A stretch of 63,642 nucleotides of DNA, filler included, from Chthonomonadaceae bacterium (GTDB taxonomy: Bacteria; Armatimonadota; Chthonomonadetes; Chthonomonadales; Chthonomonadaceae), in assembly GCA_035650735.1 (NCBI GenBank). It is 5 parts of 5 records of this genome, joined end to end, with 100 filler letters (N's around TTAATTAATTAA, not from the genome) between each part and the next. Parts side by side here need not be neighbours in the genome. Positions count along the whole stretch, not along the records: positions 15,204 to 39,003 come from DASRGZ010000061.1; 4 more parts are not named here. The stretch is one strand, 5' to 3'. The number at the start of each line of letters is the position of its first letter. Within the stretch, counting starts at the first letter, position 1. Below, one piece after another: positions 20,930-31,399 of the stretch. Position numbers and translations under genes: made by a program. Below the pieces are notes generated by a model that had not been told where the DNA came from, ran no database searches, and saw only the letters and a program-made list of their open reading frames with translations.

Positions 20930-21450
20930 CAATGCGGGCATAATAGTTAGCGATAAGCCGTGCTGCCGCTCCCATGTTCAAAGTTGATCCGAACTTTGAG
21001 AAGGGCCGCGCTGTGAAATGCAGCGCGGCTCTTGTTTTTTCTGTGATCTCTACCGCATCGATAACGGTCGCCAGCATCGCGGTTCGCTCCCGCTCGGTGC
21101 TGTCTCCCACAAATCTACCATCTCCGCGAGAATGCTTTGCACCTGCTGGGCCGTAGGGCGCACCACCGTAGCCTGCTCGATCTCCGCCGCCACCTTCTCC
21201 AGCCCGGACTACGAGTATCGCTGCAAGAGGGCGGGACTCGCGTGCAAACACATGATCGCTCTGGATAGCGGATCGTGGTGTAACTATAAGCCTCGGAGGT
21301 ATTGTTGGACAACACGGTGGCTTCCCTCCATTCTATCGCCATCTACGATCTTGCGCATCCCGTTGGCGCGCTCCATCAGACAGGCAATCAGGTCGCCGGG
21401 TTCCACGCGCGCCTGCCTCCACCCGTCGGCGGGAACCTGTTTCGGCTCTG
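20930..21450 (-). pseudogene. Remnant C-terminus of a large serine recombinase
   Basis: Frameshifted, stop-containing pieces LEKVAAEIEQATVVRPTAQQVQSILAEMVDLWETA and TERERTAMLATVIDAVEI resemble the coiled-coil tail of large serine recombinases. No catalytic N-terminus is present. Confidence 0.5.
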
Positions 21451-21462
21451 TCCATGAGAGAT

Positions 21463-21912
21463 TCAGGGAGCGGCAAGAACATCATCCAGGATAGCGATAG
21501 GCAAGCCGGGAACGCGCCGGAAGCCGGTGTCATTGGTGACGAAGAGGGCGCAGCCGTGCAGGAGCGCGGTGGCGGCGTGGATCGCATCGGGGGTGCGAAG
21601 CGCGGGAATCGTAGCGCGCAGGCGGGCAGCTTCCCGTAAAACGTTTTGCGTAACGGGAAGCAAGCGCATATCTGATCCCAGCAGAACGGCTTCATACGTG
21701 GCGAGCAGGGCCGTGTCGTTGTTCCTGAGTGGGCCGACCAGAACTTCCATCAAAGTCAGATCGCTGCTGATAACCTCCAGGGTTCCTGACTGTGCCGCGC
21801 GCCAGAGCGGTTGCAGCGTCGGCCAATAAGCGGAGTAGGTTTCTACGGTATAGATGAGCGTCACTGTGTCCACATAAACGAAACCCGACGTGGGCAGGAT
21901 CAACGCTCCCAT
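21463..21912 (-). CDS. vapC: PIN-domain (VapC-like) toxin
   Basis: VYVDTVTLIY, TLMEVLVGP, LRTPDAIHAATA, FVTND. ATG at 21912 overlaps the end of the antitoxin gene. Confidence 0.92.
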   Translation of the reverse strand: MGALILPTSGFVYVDTVTLIYTVETYSAYWPTLQPLWRAAQSGTLEVISSDLTLMEVLVGPLRNNDTALLATYEAVLLGSDMRLLPVTQNVLREAARLRATIPALRTPDAIHAATALLHGCALFVTNDTGFRRVPGLPIAILDDVLAAP

Positions 21913-22145
21913 GCGTCGCGCTCCTCTTGCAGATAGCGGTCGGCCTCTTCCGGGGTTTTGAACTGGCGCGGGCCGGGCGGCAGCGATTCGATAATATCCA
22001 GCACAGAACGTCGCTTTGGCGCGGAGGAGGCTGGCAGCGCGATGAAGATTTCGACTTCTTCGCCTTCGATTAGTTCCGGTGCAGTGACTTCGATCCGTTT
22101 TCCCGGCAAAACGCGGGTCGTGAGTTTGAGGGCGGCTTGTGTCAT
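21900..22145 (-). CDS. Putative antitoxin
   Basis: 81 aa with AGGAGG RBS and acidic tail (EEADRYLQEERDAWER), overlapping the PIN gene. Confidence 0.82.
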   Translation of the reverse strand: MTQAALKLTTRVLPGKRIEVTAPELIEGEEVEIFIALPASSAPKRRSVLDIIESLPPGPRQFKTPEEADRYLQEERDAWER

Positions 22146-22394
22146 GGTTTCTCACCTCCTGCGGTTATTATATCACAGCACAGCCGTGCAAAGCCTCGAT
22201 ACGAAGCGACAGTCAGGCCATACCATCTTGTTCGCCTGCTTTCATCGTTCGTTCAAAGCGACCCAGAAGTTCGATGGTACAGCGCAACTCCTGGCCGTTA
22301 CGCCGGGATGTCTTTGCAGCCTCACCCACCACTGCCGCAGCGAACAACAACGACACGCTCAGATCGAAACTGGCGTCCGTCTGGAGGGATAGTC

Positions 22395-23354
22395 TCACTC
22401 GGTTCTTTCCGGGCGCAGTTTTCGCTGCGCCTGATACTCCGACCATGCCCCCACGCTGCCATCCCGCAAAGCGATAGGGAAGTCGAGGCTGCTGGCGTAG
22501 AGATGCCGTTCGGCGAACGCGGCGGTGCGCTGGTTGATGAAGGCTACCGACGGGCGATCTACTTTCACCATTATCGAATGGCCGTCGAACTGCCCATACA
22601 AGGCCATGCGCCGCGACAGCGGGGCGGTTACGATCACGTCTTCACAGCCGAACCCCATAGGCATTCGCCGTCTTGCCGGGTCGGTGGACATCATCGCTAC
22701 CGGGCTATCGGAACAGATGAAATCGCCCGCATCCTCCTCCGCGACCAGCAGCGACCAGGAGCGCGCCCTGAACACGGGAACCAGTTCTTCGGCAATCTCT
22801 AGCATCGTCTCCATGTGCCAGTTCTGATCCATAAGGAGCGGAGGGTTCGCCAGAAGGTCTTGCCGAAGGGCTTCCAGATCGGCTCCTTCCGGGAGCCGCA
22901 CTCCCTCGCGTTCCATCTGCGCGACAAGCCATTGAAAGGAGTCGGGGCGCTGGAGCATCATCTCCGTCGCGAACCGCTCGATCCGCCGAGTATCCTCCCT
23001 TTCGCGCCTGCGGATACGTGGGACTCGGATCGCCAACATCGCGAGGAAGCGCATCAACGTTTCGTAATCCTCCGGGCCGAGCGGAAGGTTCTGGTCAGAG
23101 AGCCGCGCCATGACCTGCGCCATCGGCCCTTCCACGCGGTCGCTCAGGGTGTCTTCGATGGTGTTGGGATCGGCGTCAGGATGATCGAACGCATAGAGGT
23201 TCTTCTCGAAACCAATTGCGCTTGGACGCGACTCCCAGGTTTTGCCAGACGACAGAGCGAGGACACTGAGGCGGTCGTCAGGGCTGCCCGACGGCATGAA
23301 TTTCGCCAGATAGGACACCGGAACGAAATGATGTTTGCGCTTGACTTCGCTCAT
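22395..23354 (-). CDS. DUF4238 domain protein
   Basis: KHHFVPVSYLAKF N-terminal motif, EKNLY, FICSDSPV, PLSRRMAL. Alternative GTG start at 23378. Confidence 0.85.
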   Translation of the reverse strand: MSEVKRKHHFVPVSYLAKFMPSGSPDDRLSVLALSSGKTWESRPSAIGFEKNLYAFDHPDADPNTIEDTLSDRVEGPMAQVMARLSDQNLPLGPEDYETLMRFLAMLAIRVPRIRRREREDTRRIERFATEMMLQRPDSFQWLVAQMEREGVRLPEGADLEALRQDLLANPPLLMDQNWHMETMLEIAEELVPVFRARSWSLLVAEEDAGDFICSDSPVAMMSTDPARRRMPMGFGCEDVIVTAPLSRRMALYGQFDGHSIMVKVDRPSVAFINQRTAAFAERHLYASSLDFPIALRDGSVGAWSEYQAQRKLRPERTE

Positions 23355-23379
23355 GGTTCTTTTGAGGTAAGTACGCACT

Positions 23380-26300
23380 TCATAGCCTGTAGAGAGCGGC
23401 TACCTTCTCGTCAATCTCCGCCTCCCATGCCTCGCACCCAACGCCTTTTGCATCCAGGCATTTGTCCACGAGTGCGACGATCTCGGCCTGTTGTTCCGGC
23501 GTAGCGGAGGCGATAGGCAACCGCTTCCAGTCGTCGGGGTAGATGTGGAGTTTGCTGCGGCGTTGCTTTGCCAGCCACTCTTTTGCATACGCGGAGTTCA
23601 TGATTCCCAGTAGATACTTTAAGGAGAACTGGCGGGAGCGTTCCTCCAACTCTTCGCGGAGAATCGCAGGCGATTCCTCGCCGGGCTTAACCTCATCACG
23701 GTACTTGGCTGTCTTCTGGATAGACTTGTTCCGTACACCTGATAGGAGATGCCAGGGTACGAACGACCATGCAGAGTGATTGTGGTATAAGCGACGGCTA
23801 TCGTAGGCGACCCTCGGTGTACTGCCCGCCAAGTCCATCGATATCAACTTCTCAGGCACTTCATAAAGTTGTGGAAAGGTCGGTCGTCGGAAAAGTGCAG
23901 GAGCGCGCTCGGTTCCATACTCCAGATATCGGATTCGAGTTGGAAGCCATTTGTTAATATTTTTGCCCTCAATAAATGGCTTAGGGTGGTCTTCATCTTG
24001 CATATTCGAGATTAGTTCTGCCGTCCTGAACGCCATGTGCGCCTTACGTTCATCAGCGTGGATTACCATACCAACGCTAATATAACAGACCTGTTCGAGC
24101 GGTACATACCCTTCCGCCGCCTCTTCGTTTTGTTGCCCACCAACTTTTAAGAGACTTGCGCCAGACTGAAGTTGGGGGGCAGTAGAAAGAATTTCCTCGT
24201 TCCTATCAAATTCCTCGCGGCTCTCTCCCCATCGGCGGACTCGGACAGGCGCGTGTATGGCACTTGGCTTGGATTTCGCGAAATGAATGATAGTGTTGTT
24301 CACCCCAGCGTCGAACAGATCGATTTCAGAGCAGAAATCCACTCGTTCGAGACGCGCGCGTGTCAAGAAAAAGGTATGTGAGCGAGCCGCATATTTCGCG
24401 AAGTTGTAGGCGTCAGGGATGATGAAGACCATACGCCCGTTTGCTTGCAGAAGTTGAAAGGCTCGTTCCAGGAAGGGAAGGTACAAATCCCATTTCTCGT
24501 ACAGCGTCTCATAATATCCCGGCTTAGTCAACGCCACTCGGTATCTCTTCCACTCTTCAATCGCCTTCTGTCTTGCCGCCTCATCAGGTTTCAGGTGCTT
24601 GAACTGCGCGTCGGCGCGGACATAGGGCGGGTTTGCCAGAATGATGTGAAAGCCGCTCTGTCCCGTGTCGTCGTCCTCTTCCACAAAGGTCTGCTGCGCG
24701 GCGACCTCATTGGCGAAGGCAAACCGACCGTCCATCGTTCGGACAGGCGACTTGGGTGCAAACACCTCGGCAAAGCATACGCGCCAGTCCACCGCGCCGT
24801 CAGGAGCCTGGGTTCCGCACAGATCGGCGATATCCTTTTGTACGGCAGCGATCTGTTTCTCCATGTCCGACTTCGACCGGCCCTGCTTATCGTGAGCCAG
24901 CAGGAAATATTGATCGTAGAGAGCCGCCAACTTCTCCGCGTCGGCGATGTAGTGGTCACGCTGCAGCGACAGCCCTTTGAGGTCGGGCGCAGGAGCCGTC
25001 AAACTGTCCCCGATACAGATTTTGAACTTGAGGTTCGGCAGGCTCACGTCGGCAGTCGGATCGTGAAGCGGGTCTCGCTCGTCATCCACCACGAGGGAGA
25101 GCCAGAGGCGCAGCATGGCGATATTGACCGCGAACGGGTCTTTATCTGCGCCGTAAAGGTTGCGTTCGATGATCTCCAGTTTGCGGGCATAGAGGGCAGC
25201 GTGATCCTTCACCTTCGCCGCGAACAGGCTGGCGCGCAGGCGCAGCAACTCCTGCATCATGCCGAGCAGATAGGCTCCGCTCCCGCAGGCCGGATCGCAC
25301 ACCGTCACACGCCTGAGGGCAGATAGAGCCGCCTCCGGGTTGGGCAGACCGGCGGGATCGTCGTCATCCACGAAGGCGGCGACCGCCTCTCGCACCGTCT
25401 TGCTGTCGCCGCCCAGCGCGTCCGTCAGATAACCTTTCAACGCCTCCCGGCACATGAAGGCGACAACGGGTCGCGGCGTGTAGTAGGAGCCGGTCTCATG
25501 CCGCCCGGTCACCAACTCCTCGAAGACTTTGCCGAGCATCTCCGGGTCAACCGCAACCATGACATCGAGCGGCGCGCTCTCCATGATGGTGAAGTTGTGG
25601 CGCGAGAACAGTTCCAGAATGGCGGCAAAGGCGTCGTTTTCGATCTGGACGGCTCCGCGCACATCGTCGGCGTCTACCATCTCGAACAGACCGCCGTTCA
25701 GATAGGGAACCCTGCCGCGCCGCTCCTGCAACTCTTCCAGAGCGTGCGCCTCCCGGCTGTCAGCGAGCGTTCCCAGGCCGAAAAAGAAGAGCCAGTAGAG
25801 CCGATCTCGATAGAAGTTCTCGCCCTTCGTCTCTGCCGCGGCAAAGAGCGCGGGCAGGTAGTCACGGCTGTTCTCAAACTCCAGCCAGCCCTTGCGGGCC
25901 ACGAACTGGATGAACATCAGGCGGTTGAAGAGCCGTTGCGTGAACAGGCGTCGGTCGCCCTGTACACCTCGAACCATGCCCTCCACCGCTCCGAACGTTT
26001 CGCGGTACTCCTTGAAGAAGGCTTTGGTCACCGCCTCTACATCGAAAGCGCGCGTTATCCTGTCCATTACCTGCGTGATCGGCACGTCGCCATACAGTCC
26101 CAACTCGGTCGGAGCGAAGGCGAGTTCCGCAAGACGTTCCAGCGTTGTACGCCCCGGCTGTCCGACCGTGTAGGGCAGCGTTCGCAGTTCCGTTTTTCCG
26201 CCTGCGACTCGGCGCGCGGAGACGAACTGCGCCTGCTTCTGGTCGGCGGTCGTGTAGACGAGGAGGTGTTCCTGCGCGGTCGGCGTCAGAGCCTTGTGGA

Positions 26301-26538
26301 CGGCGCGGCGGTAGATGATACCGGGCAGTTTCGATCCGGTGGGCATCTCCGCATGGAAGACGGGCAGACCTCCGAGTTCCGCAAGCGGCGTCAGCACGAG
26401 CGTCTCCCCATCTACCGCTACAGGCCGACGGGAGCCTTTGCCCGCGCCCCATCCCAGCGTATCATAGAAGAGCGGCGCGAGGTTTTCCCGCAGCGCGCCC
26501 GATTCCAGACGGGTTTGTATCTGCTCCAGTAGTCCCAT
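23380..26538 (-). CDS. Eco57I-like N6-adenine DNA methyltransferase with C-terminal target-recognition domain
   Basis: YLNGGLF, GSYYTP, DPACGSGAY (motif I), NPPY (motif IV), TaqI-C-like TRD ending EIDEKVAALYRL. Confidence 0.92.
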   Translation of the reverse strand: MGLLEQIQTRLESGALRENLAPLFYDTLGWGAGKGSRRPVAVDGETLVLTPLAELGGLPVFHAEMPTGSKLPGIIYRRAVHKALTPTAQEHLLVYTTADQKQAQFVSARRVAGGKTELRTLPYTVGQPGRTTLERLAELAFAPTELGLYGDVPITQVMDRITRAFDVEAVTKAFFKEYRETFGAVEGMVRGVQGDRRLFTQRLFNRLMFIQFVARKGWLEFENSRDYLPALFAAAETKGENFYRDRLYWLFFFGLGTLADSREAHALEELQERRGRVPYLNGGLFEMVDADDVRGAVQIENDAFAAILELFSRHNFTIMESAPLDVMVAVDPEMLGKVFEELVTGRHETGSYYTPRPVVAFMCREALKGYLTDALGGDSKTVREAVAAFVDDDDPAGLPNPEAALSALRRVTVCDPACGSGAYLLGMMQELLRLRASLFAAKVKDHAALYARKLEIIERNLYGADKDPFAVNIAMLRLWLSLVVDDERDPLHDPTADVSLPNLKFKICIGDSLTAPAPDLKGLSLQRDHYIADAEKLAALYDQYFLLAHDKQGRSKSDMEKQIAAVQKDIADLCGTQAPDGAVDWRVCFAEVFAPKSPVRTMDGRFAFANEVAAQQTFVEEDDDTGQSGFHIILANPPYVRADAQFKHLKPDEAARQKAIEEWKRYRVALTKPGYYETLYEKWDLYLPFLERAFQLLQANGRMVFIIPDAYNFAKYAARSHTFFLTRARLERVDFCSEIDLFDAGVNNTIIHFAKSKPSAIHAPVRVRRWGESREEFDRNEEILSTAPQLQSGASLLKVGGQQNEEAAEGYVPLEQVCYISVGMVIHADERKAHMAFRTAELISNMQDEDHPKPFIEGKNINKWLPTRIRYLEYGTERAPALFRRPTFPQLYEVPEKLISMDLAGSTPRVAYDSRRLYHNHSAWSFVPWHLLSGVRNKSIQKTAKYRDEVKPGEESPAILREELEERSRQFSLKYLLGIMNSAYAKEWLAKQRRSKLHIYPDDWKRLPIASATPEQQAEIVALVDKCLDAKGVGCEAWEAEIDEKVAALYRL

Positions 26539-26541
26539 CTA

Positions 26542-29500
26542 TTATACATCTCCTCCTGCACATTCCGCCGCCGGAAAGAACCCCAGCGAACAGAGGATGC
26601 GCGGCTCCTGTGGCTCCTGCTCCTCCTCGATGATGCTCAGGCGGTCTTCTTCGCGCAGGGCGATAATCAGTTGTACGAGGTCAGAATCGTGCGCGCCGGT
26701 GCGGATCATGCGATTGATCTGCTCGGTGGCGCGGTTGGTCAGGCGGTAGGTATAGAGAGCCTGAATACAGGCGTCCAGTTCCGCCATATCCACAAACAGA
26801 CTTGGCTTTTTCTTTAGTTGCTCACGATAGGCGGTCAGGCGTTCCCAGGCGCGGCGGCGCGCGCTGCGGGGCGGCCCCAGCGTTCCCGCGCCGATAGCCT
26901 CCTCTTCCAGCGCATGACGCACGGCAGCCTGAACAAGCGCATGGTGCTGCGGATGGCGCGGCAGGCCCGGCGTATCGGGTGTGCATTGCGCCGCCTGCAA
27001 AATGGCCGAGAGGGACTGAGAAACGACCTGACCACTCTTGTCCATGCGAACGAGCGCGTCCGTGCCATCGTCGGTCTTCAGGTAAACCATCACTCCTGGC
27101 AAGCCCTCTGCACGCCCCGCGCCGTGCGGCTTCGAGGCATAGATCACATTCGGCAGGTTCTCGACCTTACTGCGTATGCCGGGATCGGCTTTGACGGCAT
27201 TATTCCAGATTTGCAAGGCCGCGCTGCTCAGGTCAACCTCCGTATCCTGATCGTCTTCCAGCGCAGACGATTTTTCCGTGTACAGATCGCGAATCCGGCT
27301 CTCTGCGGACTCACCGAAAAAGGCTTCATCGGAACCAACGACTTCCGAGTTGGCCTCCAGACGCTGCTGCAAGCGACGCTGCAAGCGAATGACTTTTTCG
27401 ACGCCCTCCGCAGGCAAAAACGAGTAGACAACAATGGTATCGCTCTGCTGGCCGATGCGGTCAACGCGCCCGGCGCGTTGGATCATGCGGATGATGGCCC
27501 AGGGCAGATCGTACTGCACCACAATCGCCCCATCCTGAAGGTTTTGCCCTTCCGAGAGGGTGTCAGTCGCGACGAGTACCCGCAGTTCCGGCTCCCCGGC
27601 AGTCAGTTTGTGCTGATTGCTGCGCGGGCTGAAGCGACGCACCAGAAGGGTTGGATCGGCGGTCTGTGCGGTCGCCACCGCCAGATTATCCACGCCCCGT
27701 TGCCGCAACTGTTCGTGCAGGTAGAGCGCGGTATCGGCAAACTGGGTGAAGACCAGCACCTTCTCCTCGGCGTGGGTGTCGCAGATCAGTTCGGTCAGAG
27801 CCTCTAGTTTCGCATCTCGCTTCGGGTTCCAGGCTCCGGCCTCCTGGAGCAGCCCCAACAGGCTTTCCGCGTCCTGTCGCAACGCCTTCGCCAGTTCTTT
27901 GCGAAAGAAGGTCGGCGGTATCCACTTGAAGCGCGTCGGGAACTGCGTTCGGTAGAGATCGTACACCTGCGCCGCCCGTCCTTGATAGGCATCCCAGGTC
28001 TGCGCGGGCGAAACGGAGGAGGTCGTCTCCTCCGGCGCAGGGACGTCCTCTTCGGTGTCTTCCGTGTACTCCTCGTAGGTGGCGGACGCTTCCGGCGCGT
28101 CGGCATCGGTGTCCGTGCGGGACGAGTCGAGCAGTTCGCTCTCCTGCGTCCCTATCGGAATCGGCTGCCCGGTCTCGATGGCGTGCAAGGTGATGAGGTT
28201 GCGGAGAACGTGCCGCTCCAGGGAGAGCAAGAAACTGTATCCGCTCGACTCCAGCCGCTTAAAGAGGTTCGTCCGGCAGAAACCCATCAGACGCGGCCCG
28301 GCGCGGCCCAGATCGTCGAGCAGCCGCTTTTCGGCGGGTGTTCCGGCCTTTGCCTTCTTCTCGTCTACATAGTTTCCCAGCCCGTAACGGGGCAGGGAGA
28401 GCGCATTGATGATGTCCACGACACGATCTTGATAGAGTCGCGCATACTGATCGTTCGGGTCACGGTCATCCAGCCGGAAAGTCAGGTTACACGGCTGCCG
28501 TTTCGGGAAGTAGGATGGCTTGCCCTCGATGGTGACGTAGTAGCGATCTTTCCCGGCGTCATAGGCTGCGTAGTTTTGAATGATGAACTGGCGGGTGCGG
28601 CGCACCATGTAAAGACGCATCAGGTCGCGCCAGTCGTCCGGGTATTCCGACTTCTCGAAGGCGGTCAGCGACCGGGCCGGAGCCTGGAAACGCGCGGTAA
28701 AGTCGAGTTCGTTGACGCTCTGGAAGTAGCGTTCGGGACGGATACCCAGGTCACGCTTCTCGTCCACGAACAGCCGCAACTGATTGCCCAGATCGAGATA
28801 CATCTTATTGAACGGCGTAGCGGTCAGCAAAACGCAACGGCTTTCGTTGCGCTCGATGTAGTCCCGCACGACCTGATACCGCTTGCCCTCCCGGTTGCGG
28901 AGGTTGTGGCTCTCATCCACCAGCACAAGTTTGTGGCGGCGCAGGCCCGGCAGTTTCCCCAGAGCCTTGCTGAGTGGCACGATCTCGGCCTTCAGGTTGT
29001 AGAGATCGATCTGCTGCTGCCACATGGAGATGAGGTTCTTAGGGCAGAGAATCAGCGTGCTGGCGTCCTGATCCTCTTCGTAAATCTTTGCCATGGCAGC
29101 GGCGATGCGCGTCTTGCCCAATCCGACGACATCCCCCACCAACACACCTCCGCGCGTATTGAGGTGCTTGACGGCCAGCGACACGGCAGCGGCCTGGAAG
29201 TCGAGCAGTTGCCCTCGGAATTCTTTCGGCAGTTTGAACTCGCGCTCACCTTCCCGCGCCTCCTGCGCCAGATGATAGGCCATCTTCAGATACACCAGGT
29301 AGGGCGGAACGATGTCCTCCCGCGCCCAACTGGTTTCAATCAGGGTCGCCAGTTCGTCGGAGATGTCGAGGCAGGCCGTATCGTTCCAGCGATCCTCAAA
29401 CCAGCCCTTCAGTTTGTTGCAGGCGTCCTGTTCCAGCACGTCCACGTTCAACTCCCCGCCATGCTTCAGGCCGGAAGCGGTCAGGTTGCTGCTGCCGAGG

Positions 29501-29970
29501 TAGCCGAGTATCGGCGTGGCATGATCCTGCCGAAAGCCCAGGTACAGTTTTGCGTGGAGGGTATGGCGGAGAAACAGTTTGACCTGGAGTTTGCCTGCCC
29601 GAATCTGCTTTGCGACCCGGCGCAAGGTAGCCTCATCCTCATCAGTCGGCGCGCCGAGTTCCAACTGCTCCCGGAAACTCTGGGCGACCTGGCGTTGCAG
29701 CCGCGCGCGGGTCGGGCCATCCAGCACGTCGGGCTTCTTGACCAATCGCAGCGACCGGCGCATTTCCTCATCGGGAGCCTGATACATCCCGATCAGGACA
29801 CGCGCCCGCCCGTTCTCCGACCCGTCAAAGTTTTCCACAAGGTCATGGATCGTGGCCCAGCCGCGCAGGTTGAAATAGCCCACGCAGATGTCGGCGCGGT
29901 AGGCTCCGGCGAGCGTCTGGCGCAACGTCGGCAGGAGCGGCGTCGCAATGTTGTCGAAGATGGTCGGCAT
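26542..29970 (-). CDS. PLD-nuclease/SNF2-like helicase fusion
   Basis: ATG at 29970 (MPTIFDN). LHAKLYL..GSSNLT (PLD HxK motif), GDVVGLGKT, DESHN, TATP, SEGQNLQ, QRAGRVDRIGQ. Confidence 0.92.
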   Translation of the reverse strand: MPTIFDNIATPLLPTLRQTLAGAYRADICVGYFNLRGWATIHDLVENFDGSENGRARVLIGMYQAPDEEMRRSLRLVKKPDVLDGPTRARLQRQVAQSFREQLELGAPTDEDEATLRRVAKQIRAGKLQVKLFLRHTLHAKLYLGFRQDHATPILGYLGSSNLTASGLKHGGELNVDVLEQDACNKLKGWFEDRWNDTACLDISDELATLIETSWAREDIVPPYLVYLKMAYHLAQEAREGEREFKLPKEFRGQLLDFQAAAVSLAVKHLNTRGGVLVGDVVGLGKTRIAAAMAKIYEEDQDASTLILCPKNLISMWQQQIDLYNLKAEIVPLSKALGKLPGLRRHKLVLVDESHNLRNREGKRYQVVRDYIERNESRCVLLTATPFNKMYLDLGNQLRLFVDEKRDLGIRPERYFQSVNELDFTARFQAPARSLTAFEKSEYPDDWRDLMRLYMVRRTRQFIIQNYAAYDAGKDRYYVTIEGKPSYFPKRQPCNLTFRLDDRDPNDQYARLYQDRVVDIINALSLPRYGLGNYVDEKKAKAGTPAEKRLLDDLGRAGPRLMGFCRTNLFKRLESSGYSFLLSLERHVLRNLITLHAIETGQPIPIGTQESELLDSSRTDTDADAPEASATYEEYTEDTEEDVPAPEETTSSVSPAQTWDAYQGRAAQVYDLYRTQFPTRFKWIPPTFFRKELAKALRQDAESLLGLLQEAGAWNPKRDAKLEALTELICDTHAEEKVLVFTQFADTALYLHEQLRQRGVDNLAVATAQTADPTLLVRRFSPRSNQHKLTAGEPELRVLVATDTLSEGQNLQDGAIVVQYDLPWAIIRMIQRAGRVDRIGQQSDTIVVYSFLPAEGVEKVIRLQRRLQQRLEANSEVVGSDEAFFGESAESRIRDLYTEKSSALEDDQDTEVDLSSAALQIWNNAVKADPGIRSKVENLPNVIYASKPHGAGRAEGLPGVMVYLKTDDGTDALVRMDKSGQVVSQSLSAILQAAQCTPDTPGLPRHPQHHALVQAAVRHALEEEAIGAGTLGPPRSARRRAWERLTAYREQLKKKPSLFVDMAELDACIQALYTYRLTNRATEQINRMIRTGAHDSDLVQLIIALREEDRLSIIEEEQEPQEPRILCSLGFFPAAECAGGDV

Positions 29971-30084
29971 GGATAGATGACTGCACGCAAGGTGAAAAAA
30001 GTGGGCGCGCGGGAAGGTGAAACCCGCGCGCCTGTATGTTCCCCCGACCGCGTGCATATTCCTGCCGGTTTTGACGGCAGTATG

Positions 30085-31005
30085 TCACGTCGCATTCGGA
30101 GCATTTTGCGTGGTGAACACATCTCCGATCTTTTGCTGGATATCAGCCAGTCCCCCAGGCATCGTTTTCGAGGCCATCGAACTGTCTATGGGGACTCGGA
30201 TAGGCGTCTTCCTCTCCACCGTACTGGTCGACTGACTGGCGGCTTCTGCCTGCTTCTTGAGGTCGCGAAGAATCCTGCGGATGGTTTCTGCCTCTGAGAG
30301 CAGAGCCATTCTGAGGATGTAGCGGACACCCTGCATCGCCCAATCCCGCCTTTCTGTCGAGATGTCATGTGGCAAGTGGGCGCGCACTTCCCGAACGCAC
30401 CTGTCCACATCTCTCTTCACTCGCTCCGGTTCGACGAGAACGGCTGTGGTCTGCACGGCGTCAGTAGGTTTTTCTTCGGCTTCACCTCGGCCAGTCAGCA
30501 TATCACTGACTGCCTGCTTGGTATCCTTATCCTGGCGTTCCTTTCGGCCAGCAGACTGCGCGATAGCGTTCGCCCGCTGGAGTGCCTCTCGTTTTTCCTC
30601 CACGCTGGCGAGACGGTTGAGTTCTCTTACCTCGCGAGCCGTGCGTGGGAACATCTCAAACCCGGCCTTGTCCGACACGTCGGACATTTCGCGATACAGT
30701 TCCCAGGCGTTGATGATCGCATAGGCTTGCGACTTAGCGAGGTTCGGCAGTTCGCCCTCCAGGAAGTCCCGGAACGTGCGGTACTTCTCGCGATAGAGAC
30801 GTTGGGCGTTGATGCGGTACAGAGCCTTGCCCATCTGCAGGAAGCCTCTCTCGTGCTGTTTGCACAAACCGAGATCCATGGCATACTGCTGCCGCTCCTC
30901 GCTCGTCAGTTGCTCTCCAGTCGAGATCACTGCCTCTTGCGCCTGCTCACTGTTCGGTTGCTTGCTCGGATTGTTTTCGGTGTCCATTGTTTTCTCCTGT
31001 GGCAT
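30085..31005 (-). CDS. Hypothetical mobile-element-associated, probably DNA-binding protein
   Basis: Motif FLQMGKALYRINAQRLYREKYRTFRDFL...SQAYAII of a type seen in plasmid/phage proteins. Confidence 0.7.
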   Translation of the reverse strand: MPQEKTMDTENNPSKQPNSEQAQEAVISTGEQLTSEERQQYAMDLGLCKQHERGFLQMGKALYRINAQRLYREKYRTFRDFLEGELPNLAKSQAYAIINAWELYREMSDVSDKAGFEMFPRTAREVRELNRLASVEEKREALQRANAIAQSAGRKERQDKDTKQAVSDMLTGRGEAEEKPTDAVQTTAVLVEPERVKRDVDRCVREVRAHLPHDISTERRDWAMQGVRYILRMALLSEAETIRRILRDLKKQAEAASQSTSTVERKTPIRVPIDSSMASKTMPGGLADIQQKIGDVFTTQNAPNAT

Positions 31006-31295
31006 GAAAAATCGCCAGTCGGTTTCGGCTGGCGATCACGTAATGGGTATGGGCCACCACTACGGGTACGAGGGTGGCGGAATGTTATAAGATAGCGGGC
31101 TTCACCTCCTTCCCAGAAGGCGCGACATAGCGAAGCCTCCAGGCAGAGAGCATCTGGAGGCTTAAAAAGTGGCCGAGTATGGACGGCAGAACGCCCATTG
31201 TCGAGAAAAAGCGGAAAAATTCACCGCTTTGAGATGAGAATGTCTCGTATCACGAAGCGCGGATAGTTCTGAACAAGAAGGATAGATGCTCTTGC

Positions 31296-31336
31296 TAGGT
31301 CGCCTGGTTCAATTGGATCAGGCGACCTTTTGTTTT
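31296..31336 (+). terminator. Rho-independent terminator-like hairpin
   Basis: AGGTCGCCTG..CAGGCGACCT followed by TTTTGTTTT. Confidence 0.55.
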
Positions 31337-31399
31337 GGTATCACTATCCAATCTTCGTGATCACATATCCTAACCGACCAAGCTGGCACTGTAAACATC

